Origin: Clostridiales bacterium
Lineage (GTDB): Bacteria; Bacillota; Clostridia; Oscillospirales; Oscillospiraceae
Direction: 5' to 3'
Length of the DNA stretch: 64,000 nt
NCBI GenBank assembly: GCA_019420945.1
Contig: JAHZGF010000003.1
Location: 1,288 to 65,287, forward strand
Positions 45,313 to 55,514 of this stretch are shown piece after piece. How positions within the stretch are numbered: position 1 is the stretch's first letter; each line of letters begins with the position of its first letter. Below the pieces are notes generated by a model. The model had not been told where the DNA came from and did not search any database. It was given only the letters and a program-made list of their open reading frames with translations. The translations under genes were made by a program, and so were the position numbers.

Positions 45313-46701
45313 TCATCCACTCAATTTCCAACTAAAATCACAGCAGACCTGAATCAGTTCCTCATCATGGGTGATCACCAATATGGTTTTCCCTTCGGAC
45401 GCGGCCTGCACCAGCGAGGAGGCGATTTTCCGCATGTTCCCGCCATCCAGTCCCGACGTCGGCTCGTCGAGCAGCAAAATCTCCCTGCCGGATAAAAGCC
45501 CGCAGGCAATGGAAAGGCGCTGTTTCTGCCCGCCAGACAGAACGGCCGGGTGTGCGTCCTTGTAAGGATAAAGGGCAAATTTCTTCAGCAAATTTCTGGC
45601 CTTCTCCAAACGCTCCTCCGTTCTGGAACCCCCTAAAAGCAGTTCTTCGGTTACGCTGTTTGTAAAAAATTGCGTGCCGGTGTCGTTGGAGCTGTACCAG
45701 CAGCATTTCCGCCGCTGCGCCGAGCCAGCATTCCGGCCGTGCAGGAAAATGTTGCCCTTAGACGGGCGTTCCAAGCCGGCGACGATTTTTGCCAATGTTG
45801 TTTTTCCCGCCCCGTTGTGTCCAGTGATAGCGATGATCTGCCCTGACCAAGCCGCAAGGTTTAAATTTTCCCAAATTGTATGATTCCTTCGCTTGCAGGA
45901 AAGGCCCCGCAGGGAAAGAATAGGTGTACCTATGCCGATGGGTGGGGAAAGCCTTGTAGACCTATACTGCCGCACAGCGCGAAGCTCCAGCTGCTCCAGA
46001 GTTTCGGAAGAGAGGCGCCTCATTTGTTCGGGCGTGCGCTCCCACTGAACAGATCCATCCCGGATATAGACAAACCGATCCGCCAAATCCATCAACCAGT
46101 AAAGCCGGTGTTCCGCAATCAACAGGGTGCAACCCTCCTGCTTTAACCCTTGCAGAGTTTCACGCAGTTCCGCAACGCCTTGTTCGTCCAGATTGGCGGT
46201 AGGCTCGTCGCAGACATAAATGGGAGGATTCATGGCATAAACAGCGGCCACGGCTGTACGCTGTTTTTCCCCGCTGGAAAGCACGTCGAGGGAACGGCTA
46301 CTCAATCGTTCCAAATGAAACCGCCGGATAGCTGTATCAGTCCGCAGAATAATTTTTTCATGAGGGAAGCCGTAATTTTCACAACCGAAAGCAACTTCTC
46401 CCGGCATTTCAGAGGAGAAAAATTGGCTTCCTGGATCCTGGAACACACTGCCCACCGTTTTTCCCCGTTTCCAAAGGGGTTCACCACTTCTGTCCTTTCC
46501 ATCAATCTGAATACAGCCGGAAAACTGACCTGTATAAAAAGCGGGAGCAAGACCATTTACCAGACGGATCAAGGTGGTTTTTCCATTCCCCGAAGGGCCG
46601 GTCAATACTATGCATTCACCTTTTCGGACATGCAGACAAATATCGGTCACACCTGTTTCGGAGCCAGCATATTGAAAATTAACATGTTCAAACCGGATCA
46701 C
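45313..46701 (-). CDS. ECF transporter fused double ATPase (EcfA-EcfA')
   Basis: Two ABC cassettes are present: GPSGNGKTT/LSSGEKQR/VCDEPT and GHNGAGKTT/LSGGQKQR/LLDEPT. The GTG start overlaps the EcfT stop as GTGA; the longest ORF starts at 46746. Confidence 0.85.
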   Translation of the reverse strand: MIRFEHVNFQYAGSETGVTDICLHVRKGECIVLTGPSGNGKTTLIRLVNGLAPAFYTGQFSGCIQIDGKDRSGEPLWKRGKTVGSVFQDPGSQFFSSEMPGEVAFGCENYGFPHEKIILRTDTAIRRFHLERLSSRSLDVLSSGEKQRTAVAAVYAMNPPIYVCDEPTANLDEQGVAELRETLQGLKQEGCTLLIAEHRLYWLMDLADRFVYIRDGSVQWERTPEQMRRLSSETLEQLELRAVRQYRSTRLSPPIGIGTPILSLRGLSCKRRNHTIWENLNLAAWSGQIIAITGHNGAGKTTLAKIVAGLERPSKGNIFLHGRNAGSAQRRKCCWYSSNDTGTQFFTNSVTEELLLGGSRTEERLEKARNLLKKFALYPYKDAHPAVLSGGQKQRLSIACGLLSGREILLLDEPTSGLDGGNMRKIASSLVQAASEGKTILVITHDEELIQVCCDFSWKLSG

Positions 46702-47390
46702 TTTATCCCCCCTAACAGTAAAAACAGGATGGTTCCAGCCGTCCATATCCCTAGCCAGAGGAAATCAGCCGGCTGCATCCCTCTGGCATAGTAGCTTCCC
46801 CGCACGCCCGGCGCCTGGGCACCCCGCGCTATGGCCGATACGGAAAGCTGGTCCGCAATTTGCAGGCAGCGCAGCAGCAGAGGCACCAGCACATACTCGC
46901 AGGTAACGGCAGGATGGCGGAGCACCTGCACGGGTTCGGTCAACCTTCGGTTCTTCATGGACTGCCGAACTCCCTTCAGCTCTGCCTTCATGGTTGGGAA
47001 AAACCGAAACACCACCAACAGCCCCAGGATAACCGGGGTGGGGGTATGGATTTTCGACAGAGCGGCCGAAAGCTGTCCCGGCGGCGTGGTAATGAGATTC
47101 CACGCCACCAGGAATATCGGCATGAGATTGTAAAACATCAGTACATAGAACTCTGAGAAAACCACCATATGCAGGCCGTGAAAGCGGATGAGATACAGCA
47201 GCAGCGCCAGTACCAGATAAAAAGCGCCGAAAGTCAGGCAAAGCCTCCACCGTCTTTCAAAAACCAACTGGCAGAAAGCAAGCAGCGCAAGAAGACAGGT
47301 GAGCAAAGTGTTTGCGGTAAGTGATACCCCAAGGATAGCGCATGCCACCGCCCACGCTTTTACCGGAACGGATAAGGCTGTTTCCCGCAT
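46698..47390 (-). CDS. ECF transporter transmembrane component (EcfT/CbiQ family)
   Basis: The protein is a 230-aa polytopic membrane protein located between the S-component and ATPase genes. Its start abuts the upstream stop (TAAATG). Confidence 0.75.
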   Translation of the reverse strand: MRETALSVPVKAWAVACAILGVSLTANTLLTCLLALLAFCQLVFERRWRLCLTFGAFYLVLALLLYLIRFHGLHMVVFSEFYVLMFYNLMPIFLVAWNLITTPPGQLSAALSKIHTPTPVILGLLVVFRFFPTMKAELKGVRQSMKNRRLTEPVQVLRHPAVTCEYVLVPLLLRCLQIADQLSVSAIARGAQAPGVRGSYYARGMQPADFLWLGIWTAGTILFLLLGGIK

Positions 47391-47984
47391 TTACAGAACC
47401 CCCGCTTTTTTGAAATGCTTTTGAATCAGTTTCCGTCCGACAAGGCTGCCCAGGAACCCGCAGAGCATGGTAAAAATCAGGATAAAAACTACCCAGCCCG
47501 GCGCTGTATAATACTGAACGTAAGCGTCGATGTAGCTCTTCTCCATCCCACTGGCAACCGCAAAGCTGTAATAGGTATCCCAAAAAAACCAGATGGGAAG
47601 CAGGTTTACTCCGTTGTATAACAGGCTGGAAACCGTCCAGGAGACAGTCAAACGGTTTGGCGTAATCCCTTTCCACAGGATGAGTTCCGCAAGGATTCCC
47701 ACCACGATAAACCACGGGAGCAAAAACCAGTTGCCCATAATCAGAAAGACAAGGCCCAGCAGCGTCATGTATACCAGCGAAACAAACCGTTTATGGATGC
47801 GGTTTACCATCAAAAAATAAACAGGCCCGCAGACAAGCATGGTGATGCCTACGGAAAGCACCATGCTGACAAAATCGTTTAGCATGCAGATCATGTTGAT
47901 TCCCAGCTGGATGACAATGAGCAGCACAGTCATCAGCACCAGGGTGATAACGTCTTTTACAGACCATTTCTTTGTGTTTTCCAT
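47391..47984 (-). CDS. ECF transporter S component (MptD-like)
   Basis: The 197-aa membrane protein has the C-terminal tail GRKLIQKHFKKAGVL, shared with the paralog at 53658-54254. Confidence 0.65.
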   Translation of the reverse strand: MENTKKWSVKDVITLVLMTVLLIVIQLGINMICMLNDFVSMVLSVGITMLVCGPVYFLMVNRIHKRFVSLVYMTLLGLVFLIMGNWFLLPWFIVVGILAELILWKGITPNRLTVSWTVSSLLYNGVNLLPIWFFWDTYYSFAVASGMEKSYIDAYVQYYTAPGWVVFILIFTMLCGFLGSLVGRKLIQKHFKKAGVL

Positions 47985-48005
47985 TTTGATTCTCCTTTAT
48001 ACTTT

Positions 48006-49757
48006 TCAAAGTTCTTGAAGTTTCCAACCTAATGCCTGTTCACGCAGTCCGACAAAACGCCGGTACAGGCCATTCTGCGTCATGAGTTCATGATGCGTTC
48101 CGCGCTGTACAATCCGCCCCCGCTCCAGTACAATAATTTGGTCTGCATGCCGGACCGTGGAAAGCCGGTGGGCAATCATGATAATGGTCTTATCCTTTGT
48201 CAACTCGGAGATGGCAGACTGCAGTTCCCGTTCATTTTCGGGATCTACCGATGCGGTGGCCTCATCTAAAATGATGATAGGCGCGTTCTTTAGGATGGCG
48301 CGGGCGATGGAAATACGCTGTTTCTCACCGCCAGAGAGGGAAGCGCCTCCTTCTCCCACCGGCGTTTCATAACCGTCTGGCAGCTTGGAGATGAAATCAT
48401 GGCACTGGGCCTTTTTTGCCGCTTCCACCACCTGTTCATGAGTTGCTTCCGGGCAACCGAACTTGATGTTGTTTTCCACTGTATCTTCAAAGAGGTATAC
48501 ATTCTGAAAAACAATGGAAAAATTTTTTAACAGGCTGTCGCAGGTGTAATCCCGTACATCATGCCCACCTATGCTGATTTTTCCTTCACGCACATCCCAG
48601 AAGCGCGCAATAAGGCTTGCCAGCGTGGTCTTGCCGGAACCGGACGGCCCAACCACGGCGCAGGTCGCCTTCTCTGGAACGGTCATTGTGATGTCATGCA
48701 GCACGTCCTCCTGCCCATAGGCGAACGAGACATTCTGCAGTTCAATATCAAAGCGTTCCGGGGTAAGATCTGAGCCGTGCTCATCCAGCACGGGGGTATC
48801 CATAACGGCTTCCATTCGGTCAAGGGAAGCGTCGATTACCCTGGCAACCGACGCCATGCTGCCCACCAACTCCACACTAGAATAGATCATAAAACTGGAT
48901 ACCAGCAGGAGCAGGCATTTGACCGGCGTAATATCTCCGCCCAGAAGCAAGTAAGGCGCGACAACGAGAATGGCGGCTCTGCTCAGCCTGAATACGGTTT
49001 GATAAACGCCGGTCAACGAGGAAAACGTGCTCTCCAAAGCGATATTGGCCTCCGCGCTTTCATGAATCGCCTGATTGACTGCCTTGCCGGAACGTTCCCC
49101 CAAGCCGAAAGCTTTCACAACGCCCATGCCCTGTATGTATTCCAAAAAGCAGGTCACAAGATTTGCCTGTGCCGCCTGCCTCCGGGGGGAAAGGCGTTTG
49201 GCGGCTCTTTGGATGCCGGCATAAACCAGCATGGACACGGCAAGGCCCGCAAACATCAGCAGACCAATATGCCATTCATAAAACAGTAGCCATACCCCGA
49301 TCACAATGGCGTGGATAAATCCGCCGGCCACCCGTTCCAATACGGTGACCGCATTGTTTTCAATGTCTCCAAGGGTGGTAGTTGCGGCGGCAGCGATTTC
49401 GCCCAGCCGGTTTTCGCTGAAATATCCCATGGGGACGCGCTTCATATGTTCGCCAATCTCCAACCGCTTCTGAGAGCACATGGCAAAACTGCCCAGTGTC
49501 CGCTTGACACAGGACAGGTTGTTAAAGAAAATGCGCCCTGCAATGCTGATGATCATAATACCCAATGAAATCCAAATGACAGATGCCGACATGACACCGC
49601 CCTCCGTTGTGGTAAGAAGACCGGAAAGGACGGTCAGGATCGCCATAATCGGCAGCATCTCAAAGACAGAATCCAGAAGGCTGAACACAAAGGAGGCCAG
49701 CAGGTCGTTTCTCTTGCAGCCGGAAAACTTCAGTAACCGTTTTATCATCTCAATCAT
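48006..49757 (-). CDS. ABC exporter permease/ATP-binding protein
   Basis: A TM domain is followed by GPSGSGKTT, LSGGEKQRISIARAI and IILDEATA. The start was chosen at MIEMIKRL after AAAGGAGG, giving an ATGA overlap with the upstream gene. Confidence 0.88.
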   Translation of the reverse strand: MIEMIKRLLKFSGCKRNDLLASFVFSLLDSVFEMLPIMAILTVLSGLLTTTEGGVMSASVIWISLGIMIISIAGRIFFNNLSCVKRTLGSFAMCSQKRLEIGEHMKRVPMGYFSENRLGEIAAAATTTLGDIENNAVTVLERVAGGFIHAIVIGVWLLFYEWHIGLLMFAGLAVSMLVYAGIQRAAKRLSPRRQAAQANLVTCFLEYIQGMGVVKAFGLGERSGKAVNQAIHESAEANIALESTFSSLTGVYQTVFRLSRAAILVVAPYLLLGGDITPVKCLLLLVSSFMIYSSVELVGSMASVARVIDASLDRMEAVMDTPVLDEHGSDLTPERFDIELQNVSFAYGQEDVLHDITMTVPEKATCAVVGPSGSGKTTLASLIARFWDVREGKISIGGHDVRDYTCDSLLKNFSIVFQNVYLFEDTVENNIKFGCPEATHEQVVEAAKKAQCHDFISKLPDGYETPVGEGGASLSGGEKQRISIARAILKNAPIIILDEATASVDPENERELQSAISELTKDKTIIMIAHRLSTVRHADQIIVLERGRIVQRGTHHELMTQNGLYRRFVGLREQALGWKLQEL

Positions 49758-51511
49758 ACCGCCGCCTCCTTTGTATCCTTCGCGCTGATGTGCGCCTCCC
49801 ACAATTCCCGATAGAGCGGGCAGTCTTTCAAAAGCGCATCGTGGGTTCCCTCCGCTTTTATCAACCCATTGTCCATCACCAAGATCTTATCCGCCGCTGT
49901 AATGGTGGACAGGCGGTGCGCGATTACAATCAATGTTTTTCCCCGTACCAATTCATTGATGGAAGCTTGAATGACCGCTTCATTCTCCGGGTCGGTGAAG
50001 GCTGTGGCCTCATCCAGGATTACCACAGGGCTGTTCTTCAAAATGGCGCGTGCAATCGCAACACGCTGCCGTTCGCCGCCTGACAGGTTGCTTCCGCCTT
50101 CCCCCGCCAGGGTGTCGTAGCCCTGGGGCAGCGCGGAGATAAAATCGTGACAGCTTGCCTGTTTCGCTGCGGCTGTGACCTCCTCGTCTGATGCGCCCGG
50201 CCTGCCCATGCGAATGTTCTCCTTTACAGAAAGATGGAAGAGAAAATTGTCCTGCGATACATAGGACACAATATCCATCACCTGCTTTAGAGGCAGCCTG
50301 CGCACATCTACGCCTCCGATCTGCACCTCGCCGCTGTCCGCTTCCCAGAAGGAAGCGATCAGGCGCGCTACCGTGGACTTGCCGGAACCGGAGGGTCCCA
50401 CAATCGCAGTCATACCGCAGGGGGCCGCATCGAAGCTGATCCGGTGCAGCACCTCGGTGTCCCCGTAGCCAAAGGAGACTTCCCGGAAGGAGATATTGCC
50501 GTTTTCCAACGGCGCCGGTTCCAGAGGGCGTTTCATCTCTTTTTCCTCCAACATGCCGGCAATCTCCTGGACAGTGGAATCCACCATCGCAAGACTGTCC
50601 GTGTATTGCAGCGCCTGAATGAGCGGCTTCACAAGCCCTAGTGCAAGAATGATGCAGGCGATAAAAACAGGCGCAGTCAGGCTGCCGCTTTGAAAAAGCC
50701 ACGTTCCTAAAGGGAGCACTCCCAAAAGGCAGGAGGGCATGATGGAAATACCCGCCACATAAAACCCATTGGTCTGTTTGAACCATGTAGCTTTGGCCGC
50801 TTCATTCTCTTTTACAGCGTCGGCGTATTTTCCATAGGAGGAACTGCTCTGGTTGAACGCCTTGATGACTTCGATTCCTCCGATATACTCCACAATCGCC
50901 GCATCCATGTTCTTTCCTGCCGTTAGAACCCGACTGTACCGCTTTTCATAGTCCTTCATCATCCCCATATAGCAGAACAGCCCGATGGGAATGGTGATAA
51001 GAGAAATCAGGGCAAGTCTCCAGTCCAGTACAAACATATACAGGAGCATCAGCGCCGGAATTAAGATATTGGCGGTCAGCTCCGGGATCATGTGCGCCAG
51101 CGGAAGCTCCAGTTTTTCCACGGTATCTACCAGCAACGTCTTAAACTTTCCGGAAGGCGTGTCCAAAATGGTTCCCATCGGCACACGGGAAAGCTTTGCA
51201 GTCAGCTCTGTACGAATATTCTTCAGGATTGTAAACGCCGAGCGGTGGCTGAGCATGGTGGAGGCTGTGTTCAGCCAGGTGCCGCCCAGATAGCCCAACA
51301 GCGCATAGAGCGCCAGCAGTCCAATCGGCGCCGGTTCGTAGTTTTTTCCAAGAATTCGGATGATGATTTGCGTCACTGCCAGATAGGGGACAACACCGCA
51401 GGCAGAACCCAGTACGGCCAGCAGCACCGAAGCGGTCAGCCGTCCCCGGCATTGTCCTGCAAAGCGTAAAATCCAGCGGAGCACATTATTTTTCTTCTGT
51501 TCCATAGTCAA
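49754..51511 (-). CDS. ABC exporter permease/ATP-binding protein (partner)
   Basis: A TM domain is followed by [24 protein letters not shown] and VILDEATA. Confidence 0.88.
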   Translation of the reverse strand: MTMEQKKNNVLRWILRFAGQCRGRLTASVLLAVLGSACGVVPYLAVTQIIIRILGKNYEPAPIGLLALYALLGYLGGTWLNTASTMLSHRSAFTILKNIRTELTAKLSRVPMGTILDTPSGKFKTLLVDTVEKLELPLAHMIPELTANILIPALMLLYMFVLDWRLALISLITIPIGLFCYMGMMKDYEKRYSRVLTAGKNMDAAIVEYIGGIEVIKAFNQSSSSYGKYADAVKENEAAKATWFKQTNGFYVAGISIMPSCLLGVLPLGTWLFQSGSLTAPVFIACIILALGLVKPLIQALQYTDSLAMVDSTVQEIAGMLEEKEMKRPLEPAPLENGNISFREVSFGYGDTEVLHRISFDAAPCGMTAIVGPSGSGKSTVARLIASFWEADSGEVQIGGVDVRRLPLKQVMDIVSYVSQDNFLFHLSVKENIRMGRPGASDEEVTAAAKQASCHDFISALPQGYDTLAGEGGSNLSGGERQRVAIARAILKNSPVVILDEATAFTDPENEAVIQASINELVRGKTLIVIAHRLSTITAADKILVMDNGLIKAEGTHDALLKDCPLYRELWEAHISAKDTKEAAV

Positions 51512-52958
51512 CTCCCATCATTTCCTCCAGGCGGCAAAGCGGTGATGCGCCTGGCTGCGTTTCTGTAATTCCTCCGTCCCGCAGCACCAGAACCCGGCTA
51601 CAGACGGTTTGGATAAACTCATAATCGTGCGTGATGATGAGCAGGATTTTCCCGCGTGCCGACAGTTCTCTCGCCAACCGACCAACCTCCAACATACTTT
51701 TCAGATCAAGTCCGCTGGTGGGTTCGTCAAAGATCAACAGGTCTTTTTCACAAACCAGACTGACTGCAACGGCAAGCCGCTGCTTCTGTCCCCCCGACAG
51801 GGAAAGAGGATGCCGATCTTTGTAAGGCGTCAAGTCCAGCCATTCCAGCGCTTGATTGACAGCATTGTTATCCGCCTTTTTCATACCTAGCTGGCATTCT
51901 GTCTCTACGTTGTCGGTAAACAGCTGATGGCCTACGTCCTGCATAACCATATACGACCGCTCTTTTCGCTGCTTCTCCGAAAGCGGGCGTCCGTTTAAAG
52001 AGATCGTTCCCGCACCGCACTTTTGCAGACCGCAGATGGTGCGGGCCAGTGTTGTCTTGCCGACACCGTTTTGACCGGTAACCGCTATGATTTCACCGCC
52101 ATAAGCGGTAAAATTTACTTCCTTCAATATCTCTTTGCCTCCCAGCTGTACCCTGAGCCCTTTCACTGCCAACGTATTACCGCCCGTCTTTATCCCGGTT
52201 CCCAGCTGCATGACCTGCGGCAATGTACAGCTGCGGAGCCCCATAGAGGAAACCTCCTGCTCTGTGAGTGCTCGAAATGCAGAAGCAGGCATATCGCGCA
52301 CTATTCGGCCATCCTTCATATAAAGCACCCTGTCAGCCACTTCCATCAAATACCATAGCCGGTGTTCCGCAACAATGATCGTCTTACCCTGTGACTTGAC
52401 CATCCGGAGCAGCCGTTTCAGTTCCCGGATTCCCTTCAAATCCAGGTTGGAGGACGGTTCATCCAGCACAATAATTTCCGGCTGTGTGGCGTAAACAGAT
52501 GCAAAGGCAATTTTTTGTTTTTCGCCGCCGGAAAGCTCAAAGATATTCCGGCGGCGGAGGCTGGACAGGTGTAGTTCGCTGCAGGTTTCTTCCAGCCGCT
52601 TCTTTAACTGTTCCTGCGGAAGCGCACGGTTTTCCAACCCAAAAACAATTTCACTATCCGTGTCCGTATTGAAAAACTGAGTACGCGGGTTTTGGAACAC
52701 AGATCCCACATGGTCGGACAGTTCTACAATTTCCGAATTTGGCACTTCCAACCCGCAGACCGATATTATGCCGGTTAGTTCGCCGCTGAAAAAATGAGGA
52801 ATGAGGCCATTGATGAGACGAGTAACTGTCGTTTTCCCGCAGCCGCTTTCCCCGCAGAGGAGGACGCACTGGCCGTCCGGGATTTCCACACTGACATGAT
52901 GCAATCCGTTCTCCTCCTGTCCATCGTAGGAGAAAGAAACATCGTTCAGCCTGACCAT
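51486..52958 (-). CDS. ECF transporter fused double ATPase (second copy)
   Basis: The cassette motifs are GESGCGKTT/LSGGEKQK/VLDEPS and GQNGVGKTT/LSGGQKQR/IFDEPT. The ATG start overlaps the EcfT stop (TGATG). Confidence 0.85.
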   Translation of the reverse strand: MVRLNDVSFSYDGQEENGLHHVSVEIPDGQCVLLCGESGCGKTTVTRLINGLIPHFFSGELTGIISVCGLEVPNSEIVELSDHVGSVFQNPRTQFFNTDTDSEIVFGLENRALPQEQLKKRLEETCSELHLSSLRRRNIFELSGGEKQKIAFASVYATQPEIIVLDEPSSNLDLKGIRELKRLLRMVKSQGKTIIVAEHRLWYLMEVADRVLYMKDGRIVRDMPASAFRALTEQEVSSMGLRSCTLPQVMQLGTGIKTGGNTLAVKGLRVQLGGKEILKEVNFTAYGGEIIAVTGQNGVGKTTLARTICGLQKCGAGTISLNGRPLSEKQRKERSYMVMQDVGHQLFTDNVETECQLGMKKADNNAVNQALEWLDLTPYKDRHPLSLSGGQKQRLAVAVSLVCEKDLLIFDEPTSGLDLKSMLEVGRLARELSARGKILLIITHDYEFIQTVCSRVLVLRDGGITETQPGASPLCRLEEMMGVDYGTEEK

Positions 52959-53656
52959 CAAGCCCACCCCCTAACCGCAGCTAAAACTGCGAATAGAACC
53001 ATACCGATGTAACATGCCAGGACTACTCCGTCCCATATATGGAAACGCACATTTTCTATACAGGTACGGCGCTGCACATGATCAATTCCTCTTGTGATTG
53101 CCGCCTGGGTAATTTCATCGGAAATTTTAGAGGCGGAAACCAGCATTGGCACATAGACATATTCCATTGTCCGCATAGGGTGGCGGAGAAAACCGCCTGC
53201 TGTAACCGGAATCCCACGCAGCGCCATAGCGTCCTTAACAGCGTTCCATTCCTCCTTCATGGTAGGAAAATACCGCAGCGTAATGGAAAGCGAAATGGTA
53301 AATCCTTTTGGCAGGAGAAACCGTCCCACCGCCGCCAAAAATTTGCTGACTCGTGTAGTGGAAATCAGAAAACTCCCCAGCATAAAACAGGGAATGAGCT
53401 TGCGTATGTAGACGGCAAACATATAGACAATCCCTCCGGCACTGACAGGCAGGACAGGAACGAGCCACAATTGAACCGCCAGCAGCACGAGAAAAAGAGC
53501 ACCATATTTTACAGCGCTGTGGAATCTTCCCGCGCTGAAAAGAAGCAATAGCGGCAGCCCCACAAAGACGCATTCCACAATTATGCTCCCATTCAGAAAA
53601 ACAGACACGCTTGTAATGGCGAGAATTAACAGTTTGGTACGAGGATCCAGTTTCAT
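52958..53656 (-). CDS. ECF transporter transmembrane component (second copy)
   Basis: The protein is polytopic. The start was chosen at MKLDPRTKLL, 1 nt after the S-component stop; the longest ORF starts at 53680. Confidence 0.75.
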   Translation of the reverse strand: MKLDPRTKLLILAITSVSVFLNGSIIVECVFVGLPLLLLFSAGRFHSAVKYGALFLVLLAVQLWLVPVLPVSAGGIVYMFAVYIRKLIPCFMLGSFLISTTRVSKFLAAVGRFLLPKGFTISLSITLRYFPTMKEEWNAVKDAMALRGIPVTAGGFLRHPMRTMEYVYVPMLVSASKISDEITQAAITRGIDHVQRRTCIENVRFHIWDGVVLACYIGMVLFAVLAAVRGWA

Positions 53657-53657
53657 T

Positions 53658-54254
53658 TTAAACAATCCCCGCTTTTTCAAAATGCTTTTTCAGCAGCTTT
53701 TTGCCGATATATCCGCCGGCCAAGGCGCAGAGGACCGTGCCCAGCAGCATCAGTGGAATTACCCACCATTGGGCGCCGATGGCATCAATAACGCCTGCAA
53801 AAGAGGATATGTCGCCTTTTTTATTCATAAACTCGGCAAACTGTGCGGGCATGACCGCCATGGGAACATACGCCCCCATCGGAGACAGGGCAAACAGGCA
53901 GTAGGCTGCCATATTCTTTTTGAAGGATTTGAATTGACCGGACGCGCAGATAAAATCAGCGATTATACCCAACACAATAAAGAAAGCAGACATCATCCAG
54001 AACATTCCTGTAATTAATAGAAGAATCCCCGCAATGATCCCCAGAATTATGATTGCCCCGCGCTTCGGGATCTTCGCCACATAGAGCATGAACACTGTCC
54101 CTGTAAACAAGGCGACAACCATTGGCATAAAGGGAAAGGTGATTGGCGTCATTTGAGCTAGGCCTCCAACAACAAAGGCAACCGCCGCATAAATCAACGA
54201 AAAAATGCCTACGGAAATAAAGTCTCTGGTCTGTAACTTATTGATCTGCTTCAT
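53658..54254 (-). CDS. ECF transporter S component (MptD-like, second copy)
   Basis: The 198-aa membrane protein has the C-terminal tail GKKLLKKHFEKAGIV. Confidence 0.65.
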   Translation of the reverse strand: MKQINKLQTRDFISVGIFSLIYAAVAFVVGGLAQMTPITFPFMPMVVALFTGTVFMLYVAKIPKRGAIIILGIIAGILLLITGMFWMMSAFFIVLGIIADFICASGQFKSFKKNMAAYCLFALSPMGAYVPMAVMPAQFAEFMNKKGDISSFAGVIDAIGAQWWVIPLMLLGTVLCALAGGYIGKKLLKKHFEKAGIV

Positions 54255-54311
54255 GATAAAAGCTCCTTTCGCGAGTTAGTCTTTGCTAACCAAAGTGCAA
54301 AAATTTAAGGT

Positions 54312-54926
54312 TCATTTGAACCTTAAAAGGCCGTTCCAGCCGTAGTTGAAAAAGGCTGCCAGTTCATTCACATAGTCAATCGCCTGTTCCCGGGTCATGT
54401 CATGGGCGACTGTTTCAAAAACGGCGGTAAAATAGGCGCTTGTGATCATATGGTGAAGGTCCCGGCTGACCGCGCCCTCCAATTTCCCGAGTTGCCGGAG
54501 CTGCTCATAGTAATCCTCTGTCTGATCGACCTCAAGTTCCACCAGTTCATGAATATAGTTAGCGTACTGGGTTCCTTCGGAACAGCAGATCACCAGCTTG
54601 AACGCATCGAAATGATCGTAGATGTAATTGATAAAGTAATTCAGGTAACTGGTCGATAAATCACGGCTCTGTTCCGCTTTATCCTCCGGAATCAATTCAT
54701 AATGCGCTTGTTGTGCTTGTTTGAATTGAGTGATCAATCCGTCGGCCGCCGGAGAGACCAGAGCGTCAAACAATGCTTCCTTGCTGTTGTAGTACCCATA
54801 AAAGGCTCCTTTGGTAAATCCGGCTTCCTTTACAATGGCTCGCAGGGAAGCGTCTTTAAAGCCCTTCTCTAAAAATTCCCGTTTTCCAACCTCAAGAATG
54901 CGCTTTTGCGTATCAGTTAGTTCCAC
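54312..54926 (-). CDS. TetR/AcrR-family transcriptional regulator
   Basis: The HTH region is ILEVGKREFLEKGFKDASLRAIVKEAGFTKGAFYGYYNSKEALF. The start is GTG after AAGGAGAG. Confidence 0.88.
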   Translation of the reverse strand: MELTDTQKRILEVGKREFLEKGFKDASLRAIVKEAGFTKGAFYGYYNSKEALFDALVSPAADGLITQFKQAQQAHYELIPEDKAEQSRDLSTSYLNYFINYIYDHFDAFKLVICCSEGTQYANYIHELVELEVDQTEDYYEQLRQLGKLEGAVSRDLHHMITSAYFTAVFETVAHDMTREQAIDYVNELAAFFNYGWNGLLRFK

Positions 54927-54942
54927 GTTTTACTCTCCTTTT

Positions 54943-54972
54943 ATATACCAGTGGTATATACCACTGGTATAT
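54943..54972. promoter_or_regulatory. Perfect 30-bp palindrome, candidate TetR operator
   Basis: The sequence atataccagtggtatataccactggtatat is exactly self-complementary. It lies 17 nt upstream of the TetR start and is followed by tataat. Confidence 0.6.
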
Positions 54973-55133
54973 TATAATATAAGCAGTATGGTTTGTCAAT
55001 AGGTTTTCACAAAAAATTGATGATTTCCTTCAACCGCTTCCGGATTATATCTCCGTCCCATCCTTAAAGGTCCCCTGGATGTCCTCCTCACTGTATACCG
55101 TCACGGAATCTACAAGGCTCGACCATAACCGCC

Positions 55134-55220
55134 GTCAAATTGCTTTCAGTGTCTTATGGTTTTCTTCGTGCTCTCTGATGATGGTAATCTTTTCTTCGTA
55201 ACAGAACTGATATTTTCCCA
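55134..55220 (-). pseudogene. 28-codon ORF, possible truncated remnant of an IS-type transposase OrfA/HTH gene
   Basis: The peptide MGKYQFCYEEKITIIREHEENHKTLKAI follows AAGGAG and stops abruptly. The downstream frames carry only short coding-like fragments. Confidence 0.25.
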
Positions 55221-55279
55221 TTTTCTTTTCAACTCCTTGACTCTTCTACTATACATCAAGGTGTCCATTATTTTTATGT

Positions 55280-55501
55280 CTACTTTTTAGGTATCATATC
55301 ATCGTCTACCGTCTCCATAATATCATCCAGATGACAGTCCATTGCTTCGCATATTCGCAAAAGCACATCCGTTGTAATATTGTCTCCCTTGCCCAATTTT
55401 GCAACAGAAGCGGAGCTAATCCCAGCCTTTTCTTTTAGGTCGCTCTTTTTCATATTTTTGTCAATAAGCATCTTCCAAAGTTTGTTGTAGCTGATACGCA
55501 T
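55280..55501 (-). CDS. XRE-family HTH regulator (paralog of 36360-36572)
   Basis: The sequence SYNKLWKMLIDKNMKKSDLKEKAGISSASVAKLGKGDNITTDVLLRICEAMDCHLDDIME fits the family. The gene lies 13 nt downstream of the ATPase gene. Confidence 0.8.
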   Translation of the reverse strand: MRISYNKLWKMLIDKNMKKSDLKEKAGISSASVAKLGKGDNITTDVLLRICEAMDCHLDDIMETVDDDMIPKK

Positions 55502-55514
55502 GGTTATAACTCCT

